From assembly GCA_049976845.1 (NCBI GenBank), contig JBMFHL010000008.1, positions 1 to 29,429 of the forward strand: DNA of 29,429 nt. Reading direction: 5' to 3'. The stretch's first letter is position 1, and each line of letters starts with the position of its first letter. Below the pieces are notes generated by a model. That model was given only the letters and a program-made list of their open reading frames with translations, was not told where the DNA came from and did not search any database. This document shows positions 16,596-25,211 of this stretch, piece by piece. This stretch comes from Candidatus Micrarchaeia archaeon (lineage in GTDB: Archaea; Micrarchaeota; Micrarchaeia; Micrarchaeales; CABMGC01). A program made the position numbers and the translations under genes.

Positions 16596-17291
16596 TTATG
16601 CATCAAAGAATGGGAAATGCTCTGCAAGCCTTATAAGCTTCACATACAGGTATGTGTGTTCTCCAAATCCATTTGAAAAGTCAATAACATTCTTTGAGTA
16701 ATCATATCTTGCAAATCCCTCATTTTTATAATTATGCAATTCTGCGTAATAAAAAGTCTTTATCGTATCTTCAAGACCTTCCAAAACGTCAAAGGCTGCA
16801 ATATACGCCTTGCCCTTATAATTAAACACATATGCGCAGCCTATCTCTTCATTCTCAACAGCCTTCCTTATTATGCTTTTTATCAAGTCGTTGCTTTCTT
16901 TGACTTTTATCTGTGCAAGGGCTTCTTTCTTCACAGTTTTTGCAGTTTTGAAAGGTAACATGTCCAAAGCAATAATCTCTATGTACTGCGAATTGAGCCT
17001 GTTCTGGTCAACGCTATCTGTAAATGTAATCTTATCTCCGTCAGAGCCAAAATCATATCGGATTATTTTTTCTCGGGGTTTGAAATTTATATAATAAGCA
17101 ATAGCAGAATCATCAATGCTTTCACCTATTGCAACTATCCTATCACTTCCATCTACATTTAAATTGAGTAGTCCTCTAGAATTAGAATCAAATTTGGAAG
17201 CATACCTTACAATATCTTCAAGACCACTTACTTTAACATATACAAGCTTTTTGGCTTCCTCTCCTCCCTCCTTTTTATTTTTCTTAGCCAT
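16596..17291 (-). CDS. hypothetical protein with two tandem copies of a ~100-aa domain
   Basis: 231-aa ORF with a GGTA-type RBS; internal repeat visible by eye (see findings). Confidence 0.7.
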   Translation of the reverse strand: MAKKNKKEGGEEAKKLVYVKVSGLEDIVRYASKFDSNSRGLLNLNVDGSDRIVAIGESIDDSAIAYYINFKPREKIIRYDFGSDGDKITFTDSVDQNRLNSQYIEIIALDMLPFKTAKTVKKEALAQIKVKESNDLIKSIIRKAVENEEIGCAYVFNYKGKAYIAAFDVLEGLEDTIKTFYYAELHNYKNEGFARYDYSKNVIDFSNGFGEHTYLYVKLIRLAEHFPFFDA

Positions 17292-17302
17292 GATACCACA
17301 AA

Positions 17303-18142
17303 TTATCTTGAAGCCATATTGTACAAATCTCCAAGGAAGAGCATAACTGCATACATGGGCTCGTAGACTATTGGCGCAAGCAGGACGCCTTGGCCTATAG
17401 CGCTGTAATCGTTTGGCACACTAGCTTCGCCAACTAACTTTATAACGTATTGCTTGTGTATGAGTGGGCTGGTAGTTGAACTTACGCTCAGGTTAAAGAT
17501 GTAAACCCCTGGCTCATTCACATAGACTGGATATACAAAAGAAGTTGATTTTGAATGCAGTGCAATTACTGTATCAGAAGCATTCCATGCCGGCAAGCCA
17601 GAAGCATTTATAACAAACGGATCATCAGAAATGCCCGTATTGTTTATTGTTATAAGCAGGCTTGCAGGCTGCCCAATCCCAGTAGTAAGCACATCAGGAG
17701 TGACATTTAATTCATAGACATTTGGAGTAACATTTATGTATGCATCAAATGTGAGGTTACCTATGCGGGAATAATTCTGCAGATTGACAGCTCGCAGCAC
17801 CATAACATAAGTTCCATTTCTTGTGTTTGGTGCTACAGTGACCTTCATTTTCATAGGGTTTTCATAAAGTGGTGAAGCCTGCGCAGACCAGCCTTGTGGC
17901 AAGCTCACAGCTTCGAGCGTATCCCATCCAATATTTATCGCAAATCCTGTAGCATTTACAGTTGTGGGAGATGCCATTATATAGAAGCTTTCTCCAGGCC
18001 CTACTTTGCCTAGAAAAATGCTTCCGCTACTGTAAATCTTTCCTGTAGTAGGGCCCTGTATAGCTAAGTATGGCGCTGCATTTGCGCTAGCAAATACCAA
18101 TGCAAGCATAAGAACCGCAATAATAGAAGTTCGCAAAGCCAT
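17303..18142 (-). CDS. secreted/membrane-anchored protein with probable Ig-like beta-sandwich domains
   Basis: N-terminal signal peptide (..ASANA), beta-rich S/T/N/P segments with repeated LPxW motifs (LPQGW, LPAW), several NxS/T sequons and a hydrophobic C-terminus. Confidence 0.65.
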   Translation of the reverse strand: MALRTSIIAVLMLALVFASANAAPYLAIQGPTTGKIYSSGSIFLGKVGPGESFYIMASPTTVNATGFAINIGWDTLEAVSLPQGWSAQASPLYENPMKMKVTVAPNTRNGTYVMVLRAVNLQNYSRIGNLTFDAYINVTPNVYELNVTPDVLTTGIGQPASLLITINNTGISDDPFVINASGLPAWNASDTVIALHSKSTSFVYPVYVNEPGVYIFNLSVSSTTSPLIHKQYVIKLVGEASVPNDYSAIGQGVLLAPIVYEPMYAVMLFLGDLYNMASR

Positions 18143-18335
18143 CTACCTATACCAATTACATATTTAGTATGTAGAAATTAAATTATTAATGCTATTGTTT
18201 TTCAAATGTCTATGCATTTATATAATTTAAAGCTCTATCGCGCTTTCTTCCAATGTAATCCATGATAATGCAAATACAATGGGGCATCAAAAATGTTACA
18301 TTACCTATCTTTCTATTGTAAAAGAAAATTTCGAA

Positions 18336-19439
18336 TTAAACTAAGCTCTTGCAGAATTTTGCAAATTTCTTTCTAAGCTTCTCTTCTGAGAACTCTTGTA
18401 ATACAGTGGGTATATTTTTCTGTATCTTTGCAATTAGCGCAGGGTCATCGTCAAGCTCCTTTATGCGCCTAGCAAACTGTTCTGGGTTGTCCTCTATAAG
18501 GGCGCTGAAGCGGTCTCTAACTGCAAATCCTTGGAATGCAACGTGCGTTCCAATTACAGGTTTCCCATAGCGCAGGTATTCAAGCACCTTGGATTTGAAT
18601 CCTGTGCCATGCAGCAATGGTGCTATGCATAGGTCTGCGTCTTCGAGCGTTTTATATAATTCTTCTTCGCTTACTTCCCCAAGACAAGAAAAATTATCGT
18701 GCGACCTTGCAGTGCATCCAAGGCCTAGCACATAAAAAATTTTGTTTGGCAAAGCAGGAGCGATCTTCTCTTCTATTATATGAACAGCTTCATTATTAGG
18801 AGGATAATTGCATGCTCCAACAAACAGCACCTTCCTTACCTTCTTAACAGGTCTGGTTTTCTTGACGTTGCCTAAGGGGATTAGCTGCATCACGTAGCTC
18901 TTACTTTTTGCATAAGGCATCAAGGCTATTAAGCGAGCCCTATCCTCTTCGGTAGGCAATATTACATGCGTAGCCGCGTTTATGGTCCTTTTATAAACTC
19001 TCCTCTGACGCCAAAGATAAACACTTCTAATTAGCTCCTTAAGCAAGCCCGGAATGCGCATGTGATCTATGCGCATGGCGAAATTGTAAACAACATCAGG
19101 CGAATCTGTCAATACTATTACATTTGCTTTGCCATTGCGGGCTTTAATGTATGCCTTTGCAATGTCGGCAAGCTCTCTGTCAAATACTATTATCACTCTA
19201 GGGTTAAATTCAATCAGTTTATCAAGCATCTGATTCCGTGCAAAAGGGCCGTTTGAACGCAGCACATGTTCCTCTATACTGTTATCTCTTCTTACCTCAT
19301 CTTTTTCTCCAAACGAGAACGCCATAAATTTTGCACTGCACTCCTCTCTGAACATTCGGACAAGCCCCATCAGAGCTCTGTCATGGCCTACTGGGGTACC
19401 AAAGGGCGATTTGCGTATTAAGGCAATATAAATCATCAA
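18336..19439 (-). CDS. glycosyltransferase family 4 (GT-B)
   Basis: VLFVGACNYPPN, ADLCIAPL..GTGFKSKVLEYLRYGKPVIGT. Confidence 0.88.
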   Translation of the reverse strand: MMIYIALIRKSPFGTPVGHDRALMGLVRMFREECSAKFMAFSFGEKDEVRRDNSIEEHVLRSNGPFARNQMLDKLIEFNPRVIIVFDRELADIAKAYIKARNGKANVIVLTDSPDVVYNFAMRIDHMRIPGLLKELIRSVYLWRQRRVYKRTINAATHVILPTEEDRARLIALMPYAKSKSYVMQLIPLGNVKKTRPVKKVRKVLFVGACNYPPNNEAVHIIEEKIAPALPNKIFYVLGLGCTARSHDNFSCLGEVSEEELYKTLEDADLCIAPLLHGTGFKSKVLEYLRYGKPVIGTHVAFQGFAVRDRFSALIEDNPEQFARRIKELDDDPALIAKIQKNIPTVLQEFSEEKLRKKFAKFCKSLV

Positions 19440-19527
19440 ATCATACCTACAATTGCGCTCAATAATAAAAAACCTTTTGGTAATACACTAGAATGCAAGC
19501 TGAAGCTTTCAAATCCAAAAACAAAAA

Positions 19528-20094
19528 TCAACACGAACCTCTTTGCCTTTTAGGATATCTAATGCATATACTTTTTACTAGCGATCTTACGTCGTTTTTA
19601 AATGTTTTTTCATCTCCCACATTAGAAATAATATAATCAGCATCACTTATTGCTCCTCTTATACCAAATAAAGCCTCTTTTCTTTCCCTATAAACAAAGT
19701 CCCTGAAATTTTTAGGATCATCCGCCCTTTTCCTTGCTTTCATCCTCATATATCTAATTCTTGCAGGTGCAGTTATCAGGATCATATAAACATCTTTGAA
19801 TTTTTTCCTGAAGTAATCGAGCTCTTCGCTATTTCTTATGCCTACAATAAGCAAGTTCCCTCTCCTACTTCCTATGTATTTTGTTGTCCATTTTGCAACG
19901 ATGTCTTTGCCGTACTGTTTCCTTATCTGCAGGGCAAACTCCCTTAAGCTCTGATTTGTCACCTCTATATTTTTTCTTTTAAGTTTATCCCTAACTATGT
20001 CTCCCATCTCAATTTTCTTGAAGCCCATCTTCTCTATTGCCTCTGCGGCTATGCTTTTTCCTGAGCCTGGCATGCCTATAATGCAGATAATCAT
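19528..20094 (-). CDS. P-loop nucleotide kinase (archaeal dephospho-CoA-kinase-like family)
   Basis: GMPGSGKS Walker A, MGDIVR, GIR...E, R.R.DD, ADYIISN. Confidence 0.8.
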   Translation of the reverse strand: MIICIIGMPGSGKSIAAEAIEKMGFKKIEMGDIVRDKLKRKNIEVTNQSLREFALQIRKQYGKDIVAKWTTKYIGSRRGNLLIVGIRNSEELDYFRKKFKDVYMILITAPARIRYMRMKARKRADDPKNFRDFVYRERKEALFGIRGAISDADYIISNVGDEKTFKNDVRSLVKSICIRYPKRQRGSC

Positions 20095-20101
20095 AATATC
20101 A

Positions 20102-20434
20102 TCAATGAACTACGCTACCCTCGCTTATTTGCTTATCCGTTGTAAGTATAGATAATGTGCCATTCTCTCCCTCCGCTGCAAGCAGCATCCCATTCGACAC
20201 CTCGCCTGCAATCTCTTTTGGGTCAAGGTTTACTACCCCTATGATAAGCTTGCCTTCAAGCTCCTCCTTTTTGTAGACTGCAGCTATCCCTGCGATTATC
20301 TGCCTTACCCCTATCTCCTTTCCAAAATCGACCTTTAGCTTATACATTGGTTTCTTTGCCTTCTCATGCTCTGCAACTTCTAAAATTCTGCCTACGCGCA
20401 GGTCTATATTCATGAATTCTTTTATGCTTACCAT
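20102..20434 (-). CDS. stand-alone tRNA-binding OB-fold protein (Trbp111/CsaA/MetRS C-terminal-like)
   Basis: IDLRVGRI, LKVDFG...RQIIAGI, VVNL.P..IAG.VSNGMLLAA. Confidence 0.9.
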   Translation of the reverse strand: MVSIKEFMNIDLRVGRILEVAEHEKAKKPMYKLKVDFGKEIGVRQIIAGIAAVYKKEELEGKLIIGVVNLDPKEIAGEVSNGMLLAAEGENGTLSILTTDKQISEGSVVH

Positions 20435-20491
20435 AAATGCACCTCATAGTATAAAGGAAGAAATAAATAAATAAAATGCATTGTTAGCTTC

Positions 20492-21031
20492 ATGAGGCTC
20501 TTTACTGCAGTAGAACTAAATGAAGAGATAAAGAATGAAATAGTAAGGGTAGCATCCGATCTCAAATGCAATGGCGTAAAGGTTGCAAAAAGAGAAGAAC
20601 TCCACATAACGCTGACATTCTTAGGCGATGTTGAAGAAGCAAATATAGATTCAATAATAGATGCGTTAAAAATAGTAAAAAGTGCCTCATTCTCTGTTAA
20701 AGTACAGGGCATTGGTACCTTCAATCCAGAATACATAAAAATAGTATTTGCGAAGATAGCAGACGGGTATGAAGGGATTAAGGGCATTTACAGGCAAGCT
20801 GCAGAAGCATTGGATTCGCATGGCATATTCTTCGATAAAAAAGAATACCTGCCGCACATAACAATTGCAAGGGTGAAAAATCTGAAAGATAAGCAAAGCC
20901 TCTATTCATTCATAGAAAAGTACAAAAACAAAGAATTTGGAAGTTTTAAAGTCGATTCATTTTCGCTCTTCAAGAGCACACTTATGCAATCAGGTCCAGA
21001 ATACTATACATTATATAAATTTGATCTCTGA
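20492..21031 (+). CDS. thpR: RNA 2',3'-cyclic phosphodiesterase / 2'-5' RNA ligase (2H family)
   Basis: MRLFTAV start, two HxT motifs (LHITLTFLG, PHITIAR), C-terminal STL..SGPEY. Confidence 0.93.
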   Translation: MRLFTAVELNEEIKNEIVRVASDLKCNGVKVAKREELHITLTFLGDVEEANIDSIIDALKIVKSASFSVKVQGIGTFNPEYIKIVFAKIADGYEGIKGIYRQAAEALDSHGIFFDKKEYLPHITIARVKNLKDKQSLYSFIEKYKNKEFGSFKVDSFSLFKSTLMQSGPEYYTLYKFDL

Positions 21032-21619
21032 AACGGTGCTCTTAAAACTCTGTAACGCCTGGCTGTTTATAAGCTCTCCAGGCTTATAAATCCTATTGTC
21101 AAGTAGTAAATTATATGAGTGCCCAGTCTCAAGATCTATTGCGATATGCCTTATCTCATTGCCAAACAAATCCAACTCAACAAGTGAACCCTTTACTAAC
21201 TTTTTAAGTCCACTTATAACATCAATCAATTCGTTGTAACCATTTTGCATCCCAATAATTCTAAATTCAAGGTTCTGGTTCCTAAATTTGTCTAAATACT
21301 TTCTAATATTAGCCTTAGTAGCATTGCTAAGCAGCATAGAACTTCTTATAAAAAATCCAGAGTTCGAGTTTACATCAAAAATAGATACAAACAAGTCATA
21401 AGTTATATTTGTAGAGACAATATACCTAATATCTGCGGTTTCCTTCTGAAAAAATGCAGTATTTGGCTTTAGCTCTCTATGCAATCCATATACCGAATCT
21501 ATCGAGGCATGTGCCCTTTCCATTGGTATATAAGTAGACTTTCTGCTTCCTATAAAAATCCTTTCAGTTGAGAAATCCTTAAGGTAAACTGCTTTCTTAA
21601 ATGCATCCCAAGCGTCCAT
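21011..21619 (-). CDS. hypothetical protein, possible inactive CheD-like fold
   Basis: 202-aa ORF; the C-terminal ELDLFGNEIRHIAIDLETG resembles the CheD C-terminal motif (by eye only). Confidence 0.55.
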   Translation of the reverse strand: MDAWDAFKKAVYLKDFSTERIFIGSRKSTYIPMERAHASIDSVYGLHRELKPNTAFFQKETADIRYIVSTNITYDLFVSIFDVNSNSGFFIRSSMLLSNATKANIRKYLDKFRNQNLEFRIIGMQNGYNELIDVISGLKKLVKGSLVELDLFGNEIRHIAIDLETGHSYNLLLDNRIYKPGELINSQALQSFKSTVSEIKFI

Positions 21620-21709
21620 CCTATCGCAATCTTTATTATATCTTCTATTTATATAAACTTATTTTGAATAATCTTTCAATGCTCTGTGCCAATGCGGCAA
21701 TCACATCAA

Positions 21710-21784
21710 GGGCCCGTAACTCAGTTTGGCCAGAGTGGGAGGCTTTTAACCTCTAAGTCAGGGGTTCAAATCCCCTCGGGCCCG
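21710..21784 (+). tRNA. tRNA-Lys(TTT), intronless
   Basis: Acceptor GGGCCCG/CGGGCCC with G73; GGAGG-CTTTTAA-CCTCT; AGGGG-TTCAAAT-CCCCT. Confidence 0.96.
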
Positions 21785-21811
21785 AATAATAAAAATGAAT
21801 GGTGTTGCGAT

Positions 21812-23299
21812 ATGGTTGATGAATTCAGGCTGGCAAAGCTAAAATCCCTTAGAGAAATAGGCATTAATCCTTATCCTTACAATTATGTCCAGACTGCACA
21901 TGCAACCGAGATAAAGCAGGACTTCGAAGGCTTCAATAACAAACAGGTAAGCATTGCTGGCAGGGCAATAAGCATGCGTGAAATGGGCAAGCTATACTTT
22001 ATAGACATTTTAGATGGCACTGGCAAGATACAAGTGTTAGTCAGGAGTGACAAAGCCAGTGCAGAAGCAATGAAAATACTTAAGCTGGCAGATGTAGGGG
22101 ACATACTAGGCGTGGGCGGAACCGTAATAAAGACTAAAAGAGGCGAGATAACAGTAGAAGCTACAAATATAGTAATGCTTGCAAAATCTTTACGCGTCCT
22201 CCCAGAAAAATTTCACGGACTTACAGATACAGAGCTAAGATACAGGAAGCGCTACCTTGACTTTATAGCAAATCCAGAAGTAAAAAATTTTTTCATCACG
22301 AGAGCAAAAATACTAAAGTATGTGAGAGACTTCCTAGATTACCACGGGTACATTGAATTTGAAACACCTGTATTGCAGCCCACATATGGTGGTGCGAATG
22401 CAAAACCTTTCATAACATACTACAATGCATTGGATTCAAAAGTGTATCTTAGAGTCGCAGACGAGCTATATCTCAAAAGGCTTATAATAGGCGGATTTGA
22501 AAAGGTATATGAAGTTTCAAAAGACTTCAGAAATGAAGATATAGATTCTACCCATAACCCTGAGTTCACGCAAGTAGAGTTCTACGAGGCATACAAAGAT
22601 TACAACTATCTCATGGAGTTTACCGAGGAAATGCTTAATGGCATGGTGAAAAGTCTCTTCAATTCGGAGAAGGTAGTGTATAAAGGTGCAGAACTAGATT
22701 TCAAAAGACCTTTCGAAAGACTATACTGGGTAGATGAGCTGCGCAAAAAAAGTGGCATAGACGTTTCAAAGCTCACTGACGAGGAAGCCGAAAAGATCGC
22801 AGAAAAAGAGAACCTCCCTGTTCCAATAAAGAACGCTTACCATGTTGCAGATGCACTTTTTGACAAATATATACAGCCGAACCTATTCAATCCAACGTTT
22901 GTGACCGATTTTCCCTCTTATATGTGCCCTCTTACAAAGGATAAAAGAGGCAACAGCATGCTGAGCGAGCGCTTTGAATTATACTTAGCCGGCAAAGAGG
23001 TTGCAAACTGCTATTCAGAGCTTACAGATCCAATAGAGCAGAGCAAGAAGTTTAGTGAACAGGAAGAAGAGCGCAAGCATGGCGACGAAGAAGCGCCACC
23101 GCCAGATTCGGATTTCATAGAAGCGATAGAGTATGGAATGCCCCCTACGGCTGGCATAGGTGTGAGCATAGATAGGATAGCAATGCTGCTTACAGGTAAC
23201 GATTCTATCAAAGAGGTTATAGCATTCCCTGCAGTCAAACCAATCCCAAAGAATTTGCAAAAGCCCAAAGAGGCAAAAGGAAAAGAAGATAAAAAGTAG
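21812..23299 (+). CDS. lysS: lysine--tRNA ligase, class II
   Basis: LPEKFHGL, RYRKRYLD, motif 2 FRNEDID..HNPEFT, motif 3 YGMPPTAGIGVSIDR. The likely start is ATG 21812 after GGTG, because the ORF-track extension runs through the tRNA. Confidence 0.96.
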   Translation: MVDEFRLAKLKSLREIGINPYPYNYVQTAHATEIKQDFEGFNNKQVSIAGRAISMREMGKLYFIDILDGTGKIQVLVRSDKASAEAMKILKLADVGDILGVGGTVIKTKRGEITVEATNIVMLAKSLRVLPEKFHGLTDTELRYRKRYLDFIANPEVKNFFITRAKILKYVRDFLDYHGYIEFETPVLQPTYGGANAKPFITYYNALDSKVYLRVADELYLKRLIIGGFEKVYEVSKDFRNEDIDSTHNPEFTQVEFYEAYKDYNYLMEFTEEMLNGMVKSLFNSEKVVYKGAELDFKRPFERLYWVDELRKKSGIDVSKLTDEEAEKIAEKENLPVPIKNAYHVADALFDKYIQPNLFNPTFVTDFPSYMCPLTKDKRGNSMLSERFELYLAGKEVANCYSELTDPIEQSKKFSEQEEERKHGDEEAPPPDSDFIEAIEYGMPPTAGIGVSIDRIAMLLTGNDSIKEVIAFPAVKPIPKNLQKPKEAKGKEDKK

Positions 23300-23430
23300 C
23301 TTCCAAATATATTACAGCAATTTAAGCATCTGGAAAGTAAGAAAGCGTAAAAAGGCTTATTAGAGGCAGTTCCCTAAAGATACATATTATTTTAAATATC
23401 TTTACCGATATTATCTAAGCTGAAACCTCT

Positions 23431-23437
23431 TTATAAA
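23431..23437 (+). promoter_or_regulatory. Putative TATA box for the tRNA-Ser-rps13-rps4-rps11 operon
   Basis: TTATAAA about 26-32 nt upstream of the tRNA 5' end, flanked by the inverted repeat AAACCT...AGGTTT. Confidence 0.45.
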
Positions 23438-23462
23438 GGTTTTCAATTAATATATTTAGCAA

Positions 23463-23573
23463 GCCAGGGTGGCGGAATCCGGTAACGCGTACGCCTGGAG
23501 AAAGATCCTGCAAGCGTATGGCTCTCTGAGCCTTCTGGGTTCAAAAGACTTTCTGAAAATCCCAGCCCTGGCG
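23463..23573 (+). tRNA. tRNA-Ser(GGA) with two introns: 37/38 (12 nt, 23501-23512) and 59/60 (14 nt, 23546-23559)
   Basis: Acceptor GCCAGGG/CCCTGGC with G73; anticodon stem TACGC/GCGTA; long variable arm GGCTC/GAGCC; T-stem CTGGG/CCCAG. Intron removal restores the loops CTGGAGA and TTCAAAT. Confidence 0.92.
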
Positions 23574-23585
23574 TTTGGTGTTATA

Positions 23586-24149
23586 ATGAGTGAAGAAACA
23601 AGTGCAGAACAGAAAGGCAAACAGCCTCAAGCCCAGCCTCAGCCACAGCAGCAGGCAAAGGCAAAGAAAGATGAAACAAGCATAGTAAGAATTGCAGGCA
23701 GAGACATAAATGGCAATTATAAAATATCAAAAGCGCTTGACCAGGTAAAAGGCATTGGCAATAACATGGCAAACGCTATAATGCTTGTAGCCCAGAGAAA
23801 GTTTAACATAAATCCAGAGTCAAAGATTGGTTCGCTTGGGGACAAAGAGATATCTGAAATAGAATCTATAATGAAGGATCCAATAAAATTCGGCATACCT
23901 TCATATTTTGTGAATAGGAATAAGGACAGGGAAACTGGTAGCAGCATGCATATTATAGGAAGCGACCTCACAGTAAGAGTAAAACAAGATGTAGACAACG
24001 ATATAAAGTTGCAAACATATCGCGGTTTCAGGCACCAGTACGGGCAAAAGGTGCGCGGGCAGAAGACAAGGTCAACAGGAAGGACTGGCGCCACAGTTGG
24101 AGTTACAAAGAAAACTGCCGAAGCGGCAAAGGATAAAGAGAAAAAGTGA
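23586..24149 (+). CDS. rps13: 30S ribosomal protein S13 (uS13)
   Basis: IVRIAGRDI, KGIG, YRGFRH..GQKVRGQKTRSTGR. Start ATG 23586 after GGTG; the ORF-track start lies inside tRNA-Ser. Confidence 0.96.
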   Translation: MSEETSAEQKGKQPQAQPQPQQQAKAKKDETSIVRIAGRDINGNYKISKALDQVKGIGNNMANAIMLVAQRKFNINPESKIGSLGDKEISEIESIMKDPIKFGIPSYFVNRNKDRETGSSMHIIGSDLTVRVKQDVDNDIKLQTYRGFRHQYGQKVRGQKTRSTGRTGATVGVTKKTAEAAKDKEKK

Positions 24150-24153
24150 TTAA

Positions 24154-24678
24154 ATGGGAGCACCTAGAAGACTCAGAAAAAAATACGAGAAACCCAAGAA
24201 CATGTGGGACCTGCATAGGATAGAAGAGGAGCATGCCCTAGTAGAAAAATATGGACTCAAAAATCTTCATGAGCTTTGGAATGCGACAAGCGAACTCAGG
24301 AGAATAAGAAGGAATGTAAGAGAAGTTTTCTCAGGAAGGTCTGATGAAGAGGTTGGAAAAGAGCTTATAAGTAGGTTAGCAAAATATGGGATTGTAAGGC
24401 ACGACGCAACCCTTGACGATCTATTGGTAATAGATTCAGAAGCTTTTCTAGAGCGCAGATTGCAGTCAATTGTATTAAAAAAAGGTCTTGCAAAAACGGC
24501 AAAGCAGGCTAGGCAGCTTGTGACCCACGGATTTATAGCTATAAATGGAAAAAGAGTAACTGTGCCTGGATATATGGTTAAGCCAAGCGAAGAAGGATCT
24601 ATCGGATATTACAAGCCGTTCAACATAAATCATAATATAGTGAGTTCGCCTGCAAATGCCGGCACTCCAGTAGCATAA
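24154..24678 (+). CDS. rps4: 30S ribosomal protein S4 (uS4)
   Basis: [35 protein letters not shown]. Confidence 0.96.
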   Translation: MGAPRRLRKKYEKPKNMWDLHRIEEEHALVEKYGLKNLHELWNATSELRRIRRNVREVFSGRSDEEVGKELISRLAKYGIVRHDATLDDLLVIDSEAFLERRLQSIVLKKGLAKTAKQARQLVTHGFIAINGKRVTVPGYMVKPSEEGSIGYYKPFNINHNIVSSPANAGTPVA

Positions 24679-24688
24679 AAATGGTGTT

Positions 24689-25201
24689 TTGGTGGCAGTG
24701 AAAAAAGAAGATAAAAATGCGCAGAAGAAAGAGCAGAAAGCAAAGGCTGCTGTAAAAAAAGGCAATGTGTCATTCGAGGCAGAAGTAGCAATGGCGCAGC
24801 AGAAGCACAAGCCCAAGGGCATAAGATGGGGCGTAGCTCACATATATTCTTCAAAAAATGATACTATAATAACGCTTACTGATCTATCAGGCGCAGAAAC
24901 AATTTCAGTGGGAAGCGGAGGCATGGTTGTTGACGCTGACCATGAAGAGGGCATGCCATATGCGGCAATGCAAGCAGCTTACAAGGTCTCTGCAGAAGCC
25001 ATAGAAAAAGGTGTTACCCACATTAATATAAAGATAAGGGCGCCAGGGGGCCACGGCACCAAAACTCCAGGCTCAGGCGCGCAAGCTGTAGTGAGAGCAT
25101 TTGCAAGGAGCGGATTCAAAATTGGGAGCATAGAAGACGTAACGCCTATACCTACAGATACTACAAAAAGGCCAGGTGGCAGGAGAGGAAGAAGAGTCTA
25201 A
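24689..25201 (+). CDS. rps11: 30S ribosomal protein S11 (uS11), N-terminally extended
   Basis: [27 protein letters not shown]...GGRRGRRV. The exact start is uncertain (TTG 24689, GTG 24692 or GTG 24698). Confidence 0.95.
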   Translation: MVAVKKEDKNAQKKEQKAKAAVKKGNVSFEAEVAMAQQKHKPKGIRWGVAHIYSSKNDTIITLTDLSGAETISVGSGGMVVDADHEEGMPYAAMQAAYKVSAEAIEKGVTHINIKIRAPGGHGTKTPGSGAQAVVRAFARSGFKIGSIEDVTPIPTDTTKRPGGRRGRRV

Positions 25202-25211
25202 TCTTTTTAGC

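Noticed and set aside
16468..16701. 77-aa + strand ORF
   Set aside because: It is the antisense of tRNA-Asn and of the neighbouring gene's end.
21686..21811. ORF-track N-terminal extension of LysRS
   Set aside because: It runs through tRNA-Lys; the RBS and homology point to ATG 21812.
23546..23559. Shared TGAAAA ending of the Ser and Pro 59/60 introns as evidence of intron transposition
   Set aside because: TGAA is forced by pairing with exon TTCA, so the similarity carries little information about common origin.
23469..23585. ORF-track N-terminal extension of uS13
   Set aside because: It is an open frame through tRNA-Ser; the GGTG RBS supports ATG 23586.
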